A stretch of DNA of 64,000 nucleotides, taken from assembly GCA_963777605.1 (NCBI GenBank), contig CAVZRV010000015.1, forward strand, positions 64,001 to 128,000. Direction: 5' to 3'. The stretch comes from an uncultured Acidobacteriota bacterium. Lineage in GTDB: Bacteria > Acidobacteriota > UBA6911 > RPQK01 > JAPXNP01. Below are positions 10,310 through 19,793 of the stretch, in pieces. A program made the translations under genes and the position numbers. The number at the start of each line of letters is the position of its first letter. Within the stretch, counting starts at the first letter, position 1. The notes beneath the pieces were generated by a model. The model worked only from the letters and a program-made list of their open reading frames with translations, was not told the DNA's origin and made no database searches.

Positions 10310-10627
10310 GTGAACAAACCGTCTCAGAATGAAGAAGAGTACTTCCTCCGACTCGAGGTCGAACGAATCGAGAAGCTTCGCCAGAAGCATCAGTCCAGCC
10401 TGGCCGAACAGGAGAGAAAGCGACGCAAGGAACTGCACTACATGTGCTGTCCGAAGTGTGGAATGGACATGACCACTTCGACGCTGGCTGAAGTCGAGAT
10501 CGATTTGTGCCCGGATTGTCGCGGTATTTACCTCGATGCCGGCGAAATGGACAAGATACTTGAAGAGAAGCGGCGGAACGTCGTCCTCGACACCATCGCA
10601 AGCGTTCGCAAACGCCTGCTCAGTTGA
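10310..10627 (+). CDS. zf-TFIIB (TFIIB-type zinc ribbon) domain protein with N-terminal coiled coil
   Basis: SD AGGAGG with GTG start; EEEYF, CPKCG, IDLCPDCRGIYLDAGE motifs. Confidence 0.85.
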   Translation: MNKPSQNEEEYFLRLEVERIEKLRQKHQSSLAEQERKRRKELHYMCCPKCGMDMTTSTLAEVEIDLCPDCRGIYLDAGEMDKILEEKRRNVVLDTIASVRKRLLS

Positions 10628-10796
10628 CATCGGTTACGGTCTTCCGACTCCCCGCTGGCTGCGTGACCGCACCCACGGGTCAAACCGAAGCCCCGGAATC
10701 AGCCGCCTTCCGGAACGGTTGAACTGAAGGCCATCGCGCCAACCGCGTTGTCGCACGCACCAAATTCCCGGCATACCGGGGAAACTGGAAGGTGTC

Positions 10797-10830
10797 GCTG
10801 CGTGCGCCGATGGGGGAATGCGCACGCAGC
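10797..10830. other. Perfect 11-bp inverted repeat (GCTGCGTGCGC-N12-GCGCACGCAGC) between convergent genes; terminator-like or part of a structured RNA
   Basis: Read directly from the sequence. There is no clear U-tract on either side. Confidence 0.6.
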
Positions 10831-11035
10831 ATTGACTGTGTCTTTAAAGGGTAGCGGAACCGCAACAGAAGTTAGTTGCCACGGTCGGCCATCCCGAACC
10901 CTGCGAATCCCTCGCAGAACAGCTTTGGCTGGACGAAAAACGCTTTCAGCTGGGGCTTTCCACGAGAGCTTCAAACGACGTTCATCGCTCGATATATTGA
11001 CTTGCGATTAATAAGCCGTTTTCTTATTGCCAAAA

Positions 11036-11064
11036 ATCATAACAGGCGCTTCTGACTCTGTCAA
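11036..11064 (-). promoter_or_regulatory. Near-consensus sigma70 promoter TTGACA-N17-TATGAT with extended -10 TG, pointing into the intergenic gap
   Basis: The minus strand reads TTGACA gagtcagaagcgcctgt TATGAT. A palindrome AATAAG-N7-CTTATT (11010-11028) follows the predicted start site. Confidence 0.7.
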
Positions 11065-14000
11065 TCACTGAGTCCCGCCGAGCAATTCCGAACGGTGCTC
11101 CCTCAAGAAATAGTCAATGGTCTCGATGCGAACCCTGATGGAGCCGGACGGCTTGTTCTCATCCACATCCTTGAACGAGAAATAAGGGCGACCGGCGCAT
11201 TCGATGATCTTCTCGATCAATTGGTAGGTCGGAGCATCATGGCCGCACTTGAAATTGGAGAATTCCACGCCAACCAGGTTGGGGTGCCGGGCAGTGAACT
11301 TGGCAGCCCAGATCTTCAAGGAAGTATTCGCAATGTGCGGATGCTTCCAGACATCGTTGATGTCGAGCGGATTCTCGATGTAGCCGGCAATCAGGTCTTC
11401 ACGAAATAGTGATTCAAGGGTCTTCCGGTCCATCGGTAGAGTGTTCTGGGAAAACACCGGATAACCCAACTTTTGGAACTCCTCGAAGATACCGTGGTTT
11501 AGACCCGGGTCGTGGTGGTATATGCGTCCCAGCATGACGATTCCGAGTCTTCCCTCCCGCTCGAGCATCGCGAGCACCTCACCCGCCCTGCGCTGAAGAG
11601 CGTCGCTCCAGCGGGCCAGTGCCGCGAAGCCTTCTCGAACCGCACCCCGGTTCTCGCTCTCGGTCAACCCCAGAGGATCGCTCCAGACTTCGAACATCTG
11701 CCGGGTAAAGAGCAACTCATCGGAGAGATTGAGCAGGGGACAGAAGTAGGCGATGTCATTTTCCGAGAAAACATCGGACTCCTTCACAAACGCCGCCCTG
11801 ACCGTCTGCGGTGAGGCGATGACGGTCGCACAGGAATTGACGGCACCCAGTTCTGCCTGGGGGCCTGACAAGGTGTCCAGCATGGGAGAGAAGATGAAGT
11901 CAAGGGCCTTCCGGCGATGAACCCGGTAAATGAGGTCGTGGACATGAGCGGTGGCAACCTTGGCTGGAAAGCAGGGATCGATTGAACCTCTCCGGCTCCC
12001 TTCCCGGTACATTCCATCAGCGGTGAAAGAAGAAAACTCCAGGTTTTCAAACGGTATCCCGAGCGCCTCCATGTAGGCCGTGAAGAGGGGGGCATAACCG
12101 TAAAGATTGAGAATTCTTGGAATCCCAATCCGGATGGCCTTCCTCCGTTCCCTTGCGCGGGCCCTGCGTCCTCTGCCCCAAACCCGTCCAGGTCCAGTCG
12201 AGCAGGCATTTCCCGGAGACCAGGATCGCCAGACGGTCTTGGCGGCCAGATCGATCAGGTTCGGATTCTCCTGAGCGTTCCGCTTGATTCGTCCCAGAAT
12301 CTGCTTGAGAGCGTCAGTATCGTCAACCTGTCCCTTTTCGCACGTTGAAATTACGAAGCGTTCCGCGGCGTGAGTCGGCGGGGTTTCCACATCGCCTTCC
12401 TGAACTGGGTTAGTCTCCTCCTTCAACCGGACATCGATGAATGTGCGAAGGCACTGGTTTGTGCAGAAGCGACAGCGCGACGTTTCATCACAAGTCGTCT
12501 CAAACTCGATCCGGTCAACCGCATCCAGGCCGATGAACCGGGTCCGTCTCGACGGTTCCCAGATACGCTGCAACTCGAGAGCTGCTCCAATTGCTCCCGC
12601 CTCTCCACAGTGGGGGTGTACGACGATCTCAGGAGACTGACCAAATCGCTCGAACCGTCCACCTATGTAGTCCACCTGGGCTTTGACCACGGCGAGGTTT
12701 CGCTGGGTCCCTCCCTGGAGAACGAACGTCGACCCGAGTGATGGAAGATTGGGAATCTTCGCCACGTACAACCATATGTTCTTGGGCAAAACAGCGGCCA
12801 ACCCGGCCAGCAACTCGTCCGAATTCCAGCCCTGACGCTGGTAGTTCACGATATCCGACTGCAGGAACACGGCACAGCCATAGCTGAACTCGGGCATCTT
12901 CCGGGCCCGGAATGCCGCCTCCGCATAGTCCTCGACCCGAAGGCCGATGCTCTCCGCCGTGGCTTGCAGAAAATAGCCGTTACCGGCAGAGCACTGGGTG
13001 TTGAGCATGAAGTCCTTGACGTGCCCGTCCTTGAGTACGATCAGTTTAATGTCCTGGCCGCCCACATCGACAATGACATCCACACCGGGCATGAAATGAA
13101 CCGCGGAACGCGCGTGTGCAACTGTTTCCACGAGCCCAAGGTCGGCGTGCAACACCTTCTGGAGAATATCCTTCGCGTACCCGGTGGTAGCCACACCCTG
13201 GATTTCCAGGGTCGCACCCCGGGACTCTATCTCGCCGCGAAGCTGGGCGACGAGACCGATCGTGTCCTGAATGGGGTTGCCACGCGACAGTTCGTAGGCC
13301 TTGGCCAGCACCTCACCGTCCGGGCTCAACAGCACGGCCTTGGTGGACGTCGACCCCCCGTCGATGCCCAGGAACGCCCGGGTTCGGGCTCCCGCGACGA
13401 CGGCCGGCGGGCGATACTGGCGCAAATGGTAGCGTTCCCGGAACTCCGCCAACTCACCCGCGCTTCGGTAAAGCCCGCAGGAAACCGAGCGCGCGTGGAG
13501 GCCGGCATTTCCATCCTTGAGGAAATGTTCGAGGTGCTTCAGTCCAGTGTAGGATCCCTCTCGAGCATCCAGCCCCCTGCCAAACTCGACGGCCCCGAGG
13601 CTCCCGAAGAAATGCCCGTTCGAAGGGGCGGAAATCAGTTCAGCCAGCGGACAACCTTCGGGCACCAGTACGCCTCGCTCTTCCCAGAGCTTGGGAAGAT
13701 GCTCGCGCCACGCCTCCTGCATGCCCCGGATGAAGGTGTTGGGTCCCCCAAGGAGAAGAATTCGGGGAAAGAGCGTGTATCCACGAGTCAAAACCGTCAA
13801 GTTCTGGAGAACGATGGCCTCAAACAGGGAAGCCATCAACTCGCCGCTCGGCACCCCCTGCTTCTGGAGGCTGTTCACATCGGTTTCAGAGAAAACTCCG
13901 CATTTCCCCGCAACCCGGTGAATCCGGACGCCGCTGTAGCACTGGCGGGCAAGACTGTCCTGGGGAATATTCAACTTAGCCCGGATCTTGTCCAGGACGG

Positions 14001-14445
14001 CGCCGGTGCCCCCGGCGCACTTGTCGTTCATGCTCGCAATCTTCTTCCGAACCGACGCCCCGGGCTGATCCCTGTAAATGATGATCTTGCTGTCCTGCCC
14101 GCCCAGTTCGATAACGGAGTAGACTTCGGGAAACAGCTTCTCAACCGCCAGTGAAACGGCATTCACTTCCTGAACAAATCGGCCCCCAACCAGTTTCGAG
14201 ATCGTCCCGCCGCCCGACCCGGTGAAGAAGAGCCGCATGTTGCCCTCATGGGCACCGAGGTCTTCCTCCATCCGTTTCAGATACCCGTGGACCTTCTCGG
14301 CCAGGCGGGCTTCGTGACGCCGGTAATCACTCCAGATCACCTCGTCACTCCCGCTTTCGACAACGACCGCCTTGACCGTCGTCGAACCGATATCAATGCC
14401 CGCCGTGAATTTCACGGGCGCCGTCGAGGACGCCATCCAAATCAT
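11065..14445 (-). CDS. BadF/BadG/BcrA/BcrD-type double ATPase (CoA-substrate activase) plus DUF2229 reductase-like domain; PlsA/Ger-like architecture
   Basis: Two ASKHA activase modules: GIDIGSTT/ELGGQDSK/NDKCAGGTG/CGVF and GIDGGSTS/DVGGQDIK/NTQCSAGNG/CAVF. Cys linker CRFCTNQC; C-terminal CFPAK and FKCGHD. ATGA overlap with the upstream gene (alternative ATG at 14436). Confidence 0.88.
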   Translation of the reverse strand: MIWMASSTAPVKFTAGIDIGSTTVKAVVVESGSDEVIWSDYRRHEARLAEKVHGYLKRMEEDLGAHEGNMRLFFTGSGGGTISKLVGGRFVQEVNAVSLAVEKLFPEVYSVIELGGQDSKIIIYRDQPGASVRKKIASMNDKCAGGTGAVLDKIRAKLNIPQDSLARQCYSGVRIHRVAGKCGVFSETDVNSLQKQGVPSGELMASLFEAIVLQNLTVLTRGYTLFPRILLLGGPNTFIRGMQEAWREHLPKLWEERGVLVPEGCPLAELISAPSNGHFFGSLGAVEFGRGLDAREGSYTGLKHLEHFLKDGNAGLHARSVSCGLYRSAGELAEFRERYHLRQYRPPAVVAGARTRAFLGIDGGSTSTKAVLLSPDGEVLAKAYELSRGNPIQDTIGLVAQLRGEIESRGATLEIQGVATTGYAKDILQKVLHADLGLVETVAHARSAVHFMPGVDVIVDVGGQDIKLIVLKDGHVKDFMLNTQCSAGNGYFLQATAESIGLRVEDYAEAAFRARKMPEFSYGCAVFLQSDIVNYQRQGWNSDELLAGLAAVLPKNIWLYVAKIPNLPSLGSTFVLQGGTQRNLAVVKAQVDYIGGRFERFGQSPEIVVHPHCGEAGAIGAALELQRIWEPSRRTRFIGLDAVDRIEFETTCDETSRCRFCTNQCLRTFIDVRLKEETNPVQEGDVETPPTHAAERFVISTCEKGQVDDTDALKQILGRIKRNAQENPNLIDLAAKTVWRSWSPGNACSTGPGRVWGRGRRARARERRKAIRIGIPRILNLYGYAPLFTAYMEALGIPFENLEFSSFTADGMYREGSRRGSIDPCFPAKVATAHVHDLIYRVHRRKALDFIFSPMLDTLSGPQAELGAVNSCATVIASPQTVRAAFVKESDVFSENDIAYFCPLLNLSDELLFTRQMFEVWSDPLGLTESENRGAVREGFAALARWSDALQRRAGEVLAMLEREGRLGIVMLGRIYHHDPGLNHGIFEEFQKLGYPVFSQNTLPMDRKTLESLFREDLIAGYIENPLDINDVWKHPHIANTSLKIWAAKFTARHPNLVGVEFSNFKCGHDAPTYQLIEKIIECAGRPYFSFKDVDENKPSGSIRVRIETIDYFLREHRSELLGGTQ

Positions 14446-16178
14446 CTCCTTCGAGAACGCTTGAGCAGATCCGCAACTTGAACGACAAGATTCGCAGCGA
14501 CTCCGGCAAACTTCCCGTAACGCCGCAAAGGGAACGTTGCTCTCTGAAATTCGGGATGAGATTCCACAAAGTCGCGAACCGTTTCAAGGGTAATTCCGGC
14601 TTCACGCAGGGCTCGATCGATTTCTTCGTCCGCCCTCCTCCGGGCATCCGCCAACGCCATCTGGACGCGGCTGAAGGCGTTGATATCGGCATCCCCCGAG
14701 GTTTCGACCGGAACAAAGACAATCCCGGGATGGCGGGCCGTGACAGTCGCCATGACCCCGTCAGACTGGGTCGAAGGCATGCAGCCAAACGGCTTCAGAC
14801 TGAGCACCATGTGACACAGGCGATACTGGCTGTAATAGATGCTCTTGGCGACTTCGAGATAACCTTCCCCTCCCCTGGTCAGCGGGTTGAAGTACTCTCG
14901 GGAAAGCCGGACCAAATCCGACTGACGGATCTGCTCGTGGCCGATTCCGCTCAGATGCCGATTGATTCTCGAGTAGTGCCTCCGGTACTGGGAGACAGCC
15001 AGCCTTAGCAGAAGCGGTTTCTTGACCGCCGACAGGTAGTTCTCCAGTTGTTTTACCGGCTGCCAGGGCCTGGCGTTCGGGTGGGGAGGCCGCAATCCGG
15101 CGCGTTCGCCTTGCTCGAGAATCGATTTGTGCAGCCAGTAGAGAAGGTGTCCGGTGATCGTGTCAGCATCCACCTGAGCCCCTTCGGCTTCCAGGAACTC
15201 GAACATGTTGTAGTTGGCGTAACTCTCCGAAAGGTGCGAATAGAACTCGCCGGTCACCTTTACGATCGGTTTCGCCTGCAGCCGATCAAGTTCGACCTGG
15301 TCGATTCGCCTGGCACAGGCAGAGAGGAGTTCCCTGAAATCACTCCCGTAGAGATGACGCCGGTACTTCCCAAGGCTGTTCAGCATGCGGGTGAAACGGC
15401 TTCGGGGGTCCATTCGCCTCGCCAGCCAATTGGGCGACTCCCGCAGGATTTCAAAACGTTGGTGGTTTTGCAGGAACTCGCTGACCCAATCCAGACAGTC
15501 TGCGAAGGCCTGATCGGTTGCTCCCGGCACCTTCTCGTACGGCCGGATCGAGTAGATCGACTGATAAAGCAGGTCCCCGACGATCAGCGCCGCCAGGCAA
15601 CCAAATCCGATGTCGGCATTGAATGTCAATCCTGGTTCACTGGCCCCTTCGGTGATGACCCTGCTGCTTTGGAACGTGATAACCCGAAAACCTGGAAAAC
15701 CAGCGTTCTCCAGTGCCTGGCGATACTCGGACTGGTAGACTCCGAACCGGCACGGACCGCAGTCGGCGAGTGTGAAGTAGACGTACTCCAGCACGATCTG
15801 CTCCCGCGACTTCCCTTCCCTTTCCAAATTCTGGAGAAACTCGATCAGGGTCCCAGCGGTGAAGTAGTTGGGATTGCAGAGACCGTTGTTGCAGTACTCC
15901 CGACCGATCTGAAAGGCCCCCTTGGTAGGCACCGGAAGGTTCTGGAAACGGTATCCGTTTCCGTCGAAAACGGCCTTGATCAGCCGTTCATGCTTGGGTG
16001 TGAGGTTCCCAAACAAGATCGTCGTGGATGCCCGCTCGGCGGCGGTGAAGGGAATCTCCGGGGGCAAGCGGTAATGTTGCGTTCGCTGGCCATCCCCGGA
16101 TTCAGACAACCGGCCCGGCCCATCCCCGATCGGAAGGGGGGCCGGCTCTACTGAATCTGCTGCCGAGTGTTCTTTCAA
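14442..16178 (-). CDS. 2-hydroxyacyl-CoA dehydratase-like Fe-S partner subunit (PlsR-like; often annotated 'activator of 2-hydroxyglutaryl-CoA dehydratase')
   Basis: LCNPNYF, CGPCRFG, GEFY, GGEG and KPFGCMPS motifs; TTG start with SD GGAGG. Confidence 0.82.
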   Translation of the reverse strand: MKEHSAADSVEPAPLPIGDGPGRLSESGDGQRTQHYRLPPEIPFTAAERASTTILFGNLTPKHERLIKAVFDGNGYRFQNLPVPTKGAFQIGREYCNNGLCNPNYFTAGTLIEFLQNLEREGKSREQIVLEYVYFTLADCGPCRFGVYQSEYRQALENAGFPGFRVITFQSSRVITEGASEPGLTFNADIGFGCLAALIVGDLLYQSIYSIRPYEKVPGATDQAFADCLDWVSEFLQNHQRFEILRESPNWLARRMDPRSRFTRMLNSLGKYRRHLYGSDFRELLSACARRIDQVELDRLQAKPIVKVTGEFYSHLSESYANYNMFEFLEAEGAQVDADTITGHLLYWLHKSILEQGERAGLRPPHPNARPWQPVKQLENYLSAVKKPLLLRLAVSQYRRHYSRINRHLSGIGHEQIRQSDLVRLSREYFNPLTRGGEGYLEVAKSIYYSQYRLCHMVLSLKPFGCMPSTQSDGVMATVTARHPGIVFVPVETSGDADINAFSRVQMALADARRRADEEIDRALREAGITLETVRDFVESHPEFQRATFPLRRYGKFAGVAANLVVQVADLLKRSRRR

Positions 16179-16361
16179 CCCGCTCCCTCCGCCTGAATGC
16201 CTGCAAGTTCACGGCCCCGGATGAATTCGCCGCTGAAGTGACATTGCTGCTGCAGCGCGCCGATGCGCTGAACCCTTCTTGCCACACCCAGTATAGACCT
16301 CCGCCGAAGTCGAGAACCAAACTCTTTCGGGAGCAATCACTCGCTGCAAATTCAGATCTGC

Positions 16362-16397
16362 CCGGCCTGGCCGGAAAGCGCCTCCCGACCAGGCCGG
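16362..16397 (-). terminator. GC-rich hairpin downstream of the M28 peptidase gene
   Basis: CCGGCCTGGTCGGGAG-gcg-CTTTCCGGCCAGGCCGG on the minus strand, with G-U pairs favouring that strand. No obvious U-tail. Confidence 0.4.
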
Positions 16398-16467
16398 CAG
16401 CAATTACAATACGCCTGGAATGCTCACCGCCGGAACCGGCAAGCGGGAAGCGGATCGCCTGTCTGTT

Positions 16468-18060
16468 TCACCGATTTTCGGTCGTGGGCATCGGCTTGCG
16501 CGGCAACTTGTCCGGTCGCATTGCGGCGTTGTACACAAACGATGCCATGATCACCGAGGCCTGGATCAGGTCCTCCCGGCGTAGATGGTCATAGACATCA
16601 ACGTTGGTGTGGTGGGTCCCGGACATGTAGTCCAGTTCATCCTGGATGAATTGAAAACCGGGAAGACCGACCCGGTCGAAGGGAATATGGTCCGTCCCGC
16701 CAGTGTTCTGGTTGGTCACGGTATCGGCACCCAGGTCGTGAAAGGGCTCCAGCCATGCCTCGAAAATCGGGGCGACCGCAGCGTTGCCCTGGGTGTAAAT
16801 CCCCCGAATCTTCCCACTCCCGTTATCAAGATTGAAGTAAGCACAGAACTTCTCGTAGTCGGGCAATAAATCAAGCTTGCCCTGATCCCTGCGCATCCAC
16901 TCCGGGAGCTCTTTCTGTTCGGGATCACTCGGCTCCGCCCTCGTCGCGAGATACTTCTTGACGTAGTCCATCGACCCAAGGAAACCTTGCTCTTCGCCTC
17001 CCCAAAGGGCAACCCGGATCGTCCGACGAGGCTGAACTCCCAGCTCTTTCAGGATTCGCACCGCCTCCATCGCTACGGCGACCCCCGCCGCATCATCGGT
17101 CGCGCCGGTGCCGGCATGCCACGAATCGATGTGCCCGCCGAGCAAAACGAGTTCGTCAGCCTTGTCGGCACCCCTGATCTCGGCCAGTGTGTTGTACCCC
17201 TTGGCATCATCGTAGAACTGGGCCTTCACGTCGATCTCGAGTTTCACATCCTGCTTGTGCTCGTCGATCAGCCGCATGATCGAGTTGTAGTGTTCAGCGG
17301 CCAGCGAAAGCGCCGTCACACCGGGATTCTTGCCCGGCTCGCGGGAACCGGCACCTCCGACCCGAATCAGGGCGTTGTCCCGAGAGCTAATCTGGACCGT
17401 CGCAACCACCTTCTCGTCGGACAGAAACTGGTTGATCGCGTCACGAAGCCGCCACCGGGCCAGTGCCCGCTGCCGATAATCACCACGCCGTCTCCGGATC
17501 CTGGGGATGGGGAACTCAGTCAACTCCTCCAACTCTTCCTTGTCATACCGCTGAAACGAAGGCGCATCACCCTCGGTGATCTCCCGGGGATCGTCCAGGA
17601 ACAGGACCTTTCCGGACACCTTTCCCCGGTACTTGTCGAGATCTTCCAGGGTGTCGAGCGAGACTCTCATAACGGTGCCGGTCACCGGCCCGTTGGTCCC
17701 TGGAGTCCAGGCCATCGGGATCGCGATCAGCGGAACTTCTCGGGGGGAGATCATCCGGACCGAGGCTTTTGTGAAGTCCCAACCCCGACCAAAATCCCAC
17801 TCGTCCATCCGGGCATTCTCCAGGCCCATCTCCTGGAGTCGGTCACGGGCCCATTCGTTGGCTTCCTTGAACCCGGGAGACCCTGTCAGGCGAGGTCCGA
17901 TGACGTCGGTCAAATACCCCACCGTCTTCATTACCTGGGACCGATTCAGCCCCTCATCTCGAATTCGGTTCACCATGTCCAGGTCAACGGTCTCCTGGGC
18001 GAAAGCAACCTGGGCGAGCAAAAAAACTGCAGCGACAGATACGAGGACGATTCTCTTCAC
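16468..18060 (-). CDS. Secreted M28 family metallopeptidase (carboxypeptidase Q-like)
   Basis: Signal peptide; IGPRLTGS, GGHIDSWH, GATDDAAG, GGEEQG, NLDNG, GTDH and HHTNVD motifs; SD AGGAGG with GTG start. Confidence 0.92.
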   Translation of the reverse strand: MKRIVLVSVAAVFLLAQVAFAQETVDLDMVNRIRDEGLNRSQVMKTVGYLTDVIGPRLTGSPGFKEANEWARDRLQEMGLENARMDEWDFGRGWDFTKASVRMISPREVPLIAIPMAWTPGTNGPVTGTVMRVSLDTLEDLDKYRGKVSGKVLFLDDPREITEGDAPSFQRYDKEELEELTEFPIPRIRRRRGDYRQRALARWRLRDAINQFLSDEKVVATVQISSRDNALIRVGGAGSREPGKNPGVTALSLAAEHYNSIMRLIDEHKQDVKLEIDVKAQFYDDAKGYNTLAEIRGADKADELVLLGGHIDSWHAGTGATDDAAGVAVAMEAVRILKELGVQPRRTIRVALWGGEEQGFLGSMDYVKKYLATRAEPSDPEQKELPEWMRRDQGKLDLLPDYEKFCAYFNLDNGSGKIRGIYTQGNAAVAPIFEAWLEPFHDLGADTVTNQNTGGTDHIPFDRVGLPGFQFIQDELDYMSGTHHTNVDVYDHLRREDLIQASVIMASFVYNAAMRPDKLPRKPMPTTENR

Positions 18061-18301
18061 GTGCGCAAACTCCTCCTGCAATGTGTGTTGGCGCTTGATG
18101 GCGCCGGAGTGTAGCACAGCTCAAGAGCAACCGATACAAGCGATTCGGAGGAAGTCTCGATTCTCCATTGCAGCCCGGCCTGAAGTCGCTATCAGACCCG
18201 GAGCCAATTTAGAAGTCCGGTGGCGATCGAGCACTTGATAGCAGCCCGGTCCTGAACATGATAACTTTGGTCGCTTCGATCACCGAGGAGGACCGCCCGA
18301 A

Positions 18302-19786
18302 TTGAACGCACTCTTGATCTACCCCCAGTTTCCCGACACATTTTGGAGCTTTAAACACGCCCTCAAGTTCACGCGGCAACGGGCGGTGCTTCCACCGCTT
18401 GGGCTGTTGACAGTGGCGGCGATGCTCCCGAAAGACTGGAAACGACGGGTAATCGACGCCAACGTGCACACCCTAAAAGCGGAAGACCTGGAATGGGCGG
18501 ACATCGTGTTGATCAGCGCCATGACCGTCCAGCGCAACTCTGCAAAAGATCTCATTGACCGCTGCCAGGAGGCAGGGCTTCCGGTGGTTGCGGGAGGACC
18601 ACTTTTCACCAGTGAGCCGGGCGATTTCGCACACGTGGACCACCTCGTCCTCAACGAAGCTGAGATTACGTTGCCGGAGTTCCTCAAGGACTGGGAAGCC
18701 GGCAATCCGAAAGCGGTCTACTCCACGGACCAGCACACCTCGATCGAAGTGACCCCGCCTCCCCAGTGGGAACTGCTCGACATGGGTCACTATGCCTCGA
18801 TGGCGATCCAATTTTCGCGCGGTTGCCCCTACAATTGTGACTTCTGCAATGTGACGGCTCTTTTTGGACGAAGACCGCGAATCAAGACCGCCAATCAGAT
18901 CATTGCCGAACTTGACAATCTGGATGCGGCCGGCTGGAAGAGCAAAGTGTTTTTCGTCGACGACAATTTCATCGGCAACAAGCGCTATCTCAAGCAGGAA
19001 CTTCTTCCCGCATTGATCGAGTGGCGCAGCAGGCACCCCCGGTTCACGTTTTATACCGAGGCGTCGGTCAACCTGGCGGACGACGACAAGTTGATGCAGA
19101 TGATGGTGACGGCAGGTTTTGACACGGTCTTCATCGGCATCGAAACGCCCGCTGAAGAAAGCCTCGCCGAGTGCAACAAGAAGCAGAACAAGAACCGAAA
19201 CCTGGTCAATGACATCAAGAAGATTCAGAGGGCCGGGCTGCAGGTTCAAGGCGGGTTCATCGTCGGATTTGACAGTGACACACCCTCCATCTTCCAACGC
19301 CAGATCGACTTCATTCAGAAAAGCGGAATCGTTACCGCAATGGTCGGCCTCCTGCAGGCTCCTCCCGGCACCGAACTCTACGAACGTCTCAAGGCCCAGG
19401 GACGTATCCTGGGCGGAATGTCGGGCGACAACGTGGACGGCAGCACCAACATCATTCCCCGGATGAACCTGGAGACACTGACCGAGGGCTATCGACGGGT
19501 GATGCACCACATCTACTCACCGAAGCATTACTACAAGCGGGTACGCACCTTTCTGCGGGAGTACTCTCCGCCACGGATTGACGTTCCGCTTAACCGGGAG
19601 GGCCTGGAAGCCCTTATTCGCTCGGTCCTCAGGCTGGGCATCTTCGGCAGGGAGCGTTTCCACTATTGGAGCCTGATGTTTTGGACTCTCTTCCGACGGC
19701 CCCGAATGCTCCCGATGGCAGTGACGCTGGCGATCTACGGCCACCACTTCCGGAAGATCTGCGAGTTGCACATCCGGCAAGCCTGA
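18302..19786 (+). CDS. B12-binding radical SAM protein with DUF4070 C-terminus (HpnP-like / Mss-like family)
   Basis: TFWSF and PPLGLLTVAAMLP N-terminus; RGCPYNCDFC (CxxxCxxC); FFVDDNFIGN, FIGIETP and GFIVGFDSD; SD GAGGAGG with TTG start. Confidence 0.9.
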   Translation: MNALLIYPQFPDTFWSFKHALKFTRQRAVLPPLGLLTVAAMLPKDWKRRVIDANVHTLKAEDLEWADIVLISAMTVQRNSAKDLIDRCQEAGLPVVAGGPLFTSEPGDFAHVDHLVLNEAEITLPEFLKDWEAGNPKAVYSTDQHTSIEVTPPPQWELLDMGHYASMAIQFSRGCPYNCDFCNVTALFGRRPRIKTANQIIAELDNLDAAGWKSKVFFVDDNFIGNKRYLKQELLPALIEWRSRHPRFTFYTEASVNLADDDKLMQMMVTAGFDTVFIGIETPAEESLAECNKKQNKNRNLVNDIKKIQRAGLQVQGGFIVGFDSDTPSIFQRQIDFIQKSGIVTAMVGLLQAPPGTELYERLKAQGRILGGMSGDNVDGSTNIIPRMNLETLTEGYRRVMHHIYSPKHYYKRVRTFLREYSPPRIDVPLNREGLEALIRSVLRLGIFGRERFHYWSLMFWTLFRRPRMLPMAVTLAIYGHHFRKICELHIRQA

Positions 19787-19793
19787 GTTGCTG

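Noticed and set aside
10634-10720. Loose resemblance of the minus strand (GGCTTCGGTTTGACC...GCCAGCGGGGAGT) to the second stem of a c-di-GMP-I riboswitch
   Set aside because: The GGCAAA/GAAA-tetraloop stem and GACGCAAA junction are absent, and there is no downstream same-strand gene.
12964-16154. Long antisense ORFs (396 aa and 368 aa), and similar ones at 16987, 39803, 39936, 46323 and 52931
   Set aside because: These are shadow ORFs typical of high-GC coding DNA. They lie opposite or overlap well-supported genes and show no recognisable motifs.
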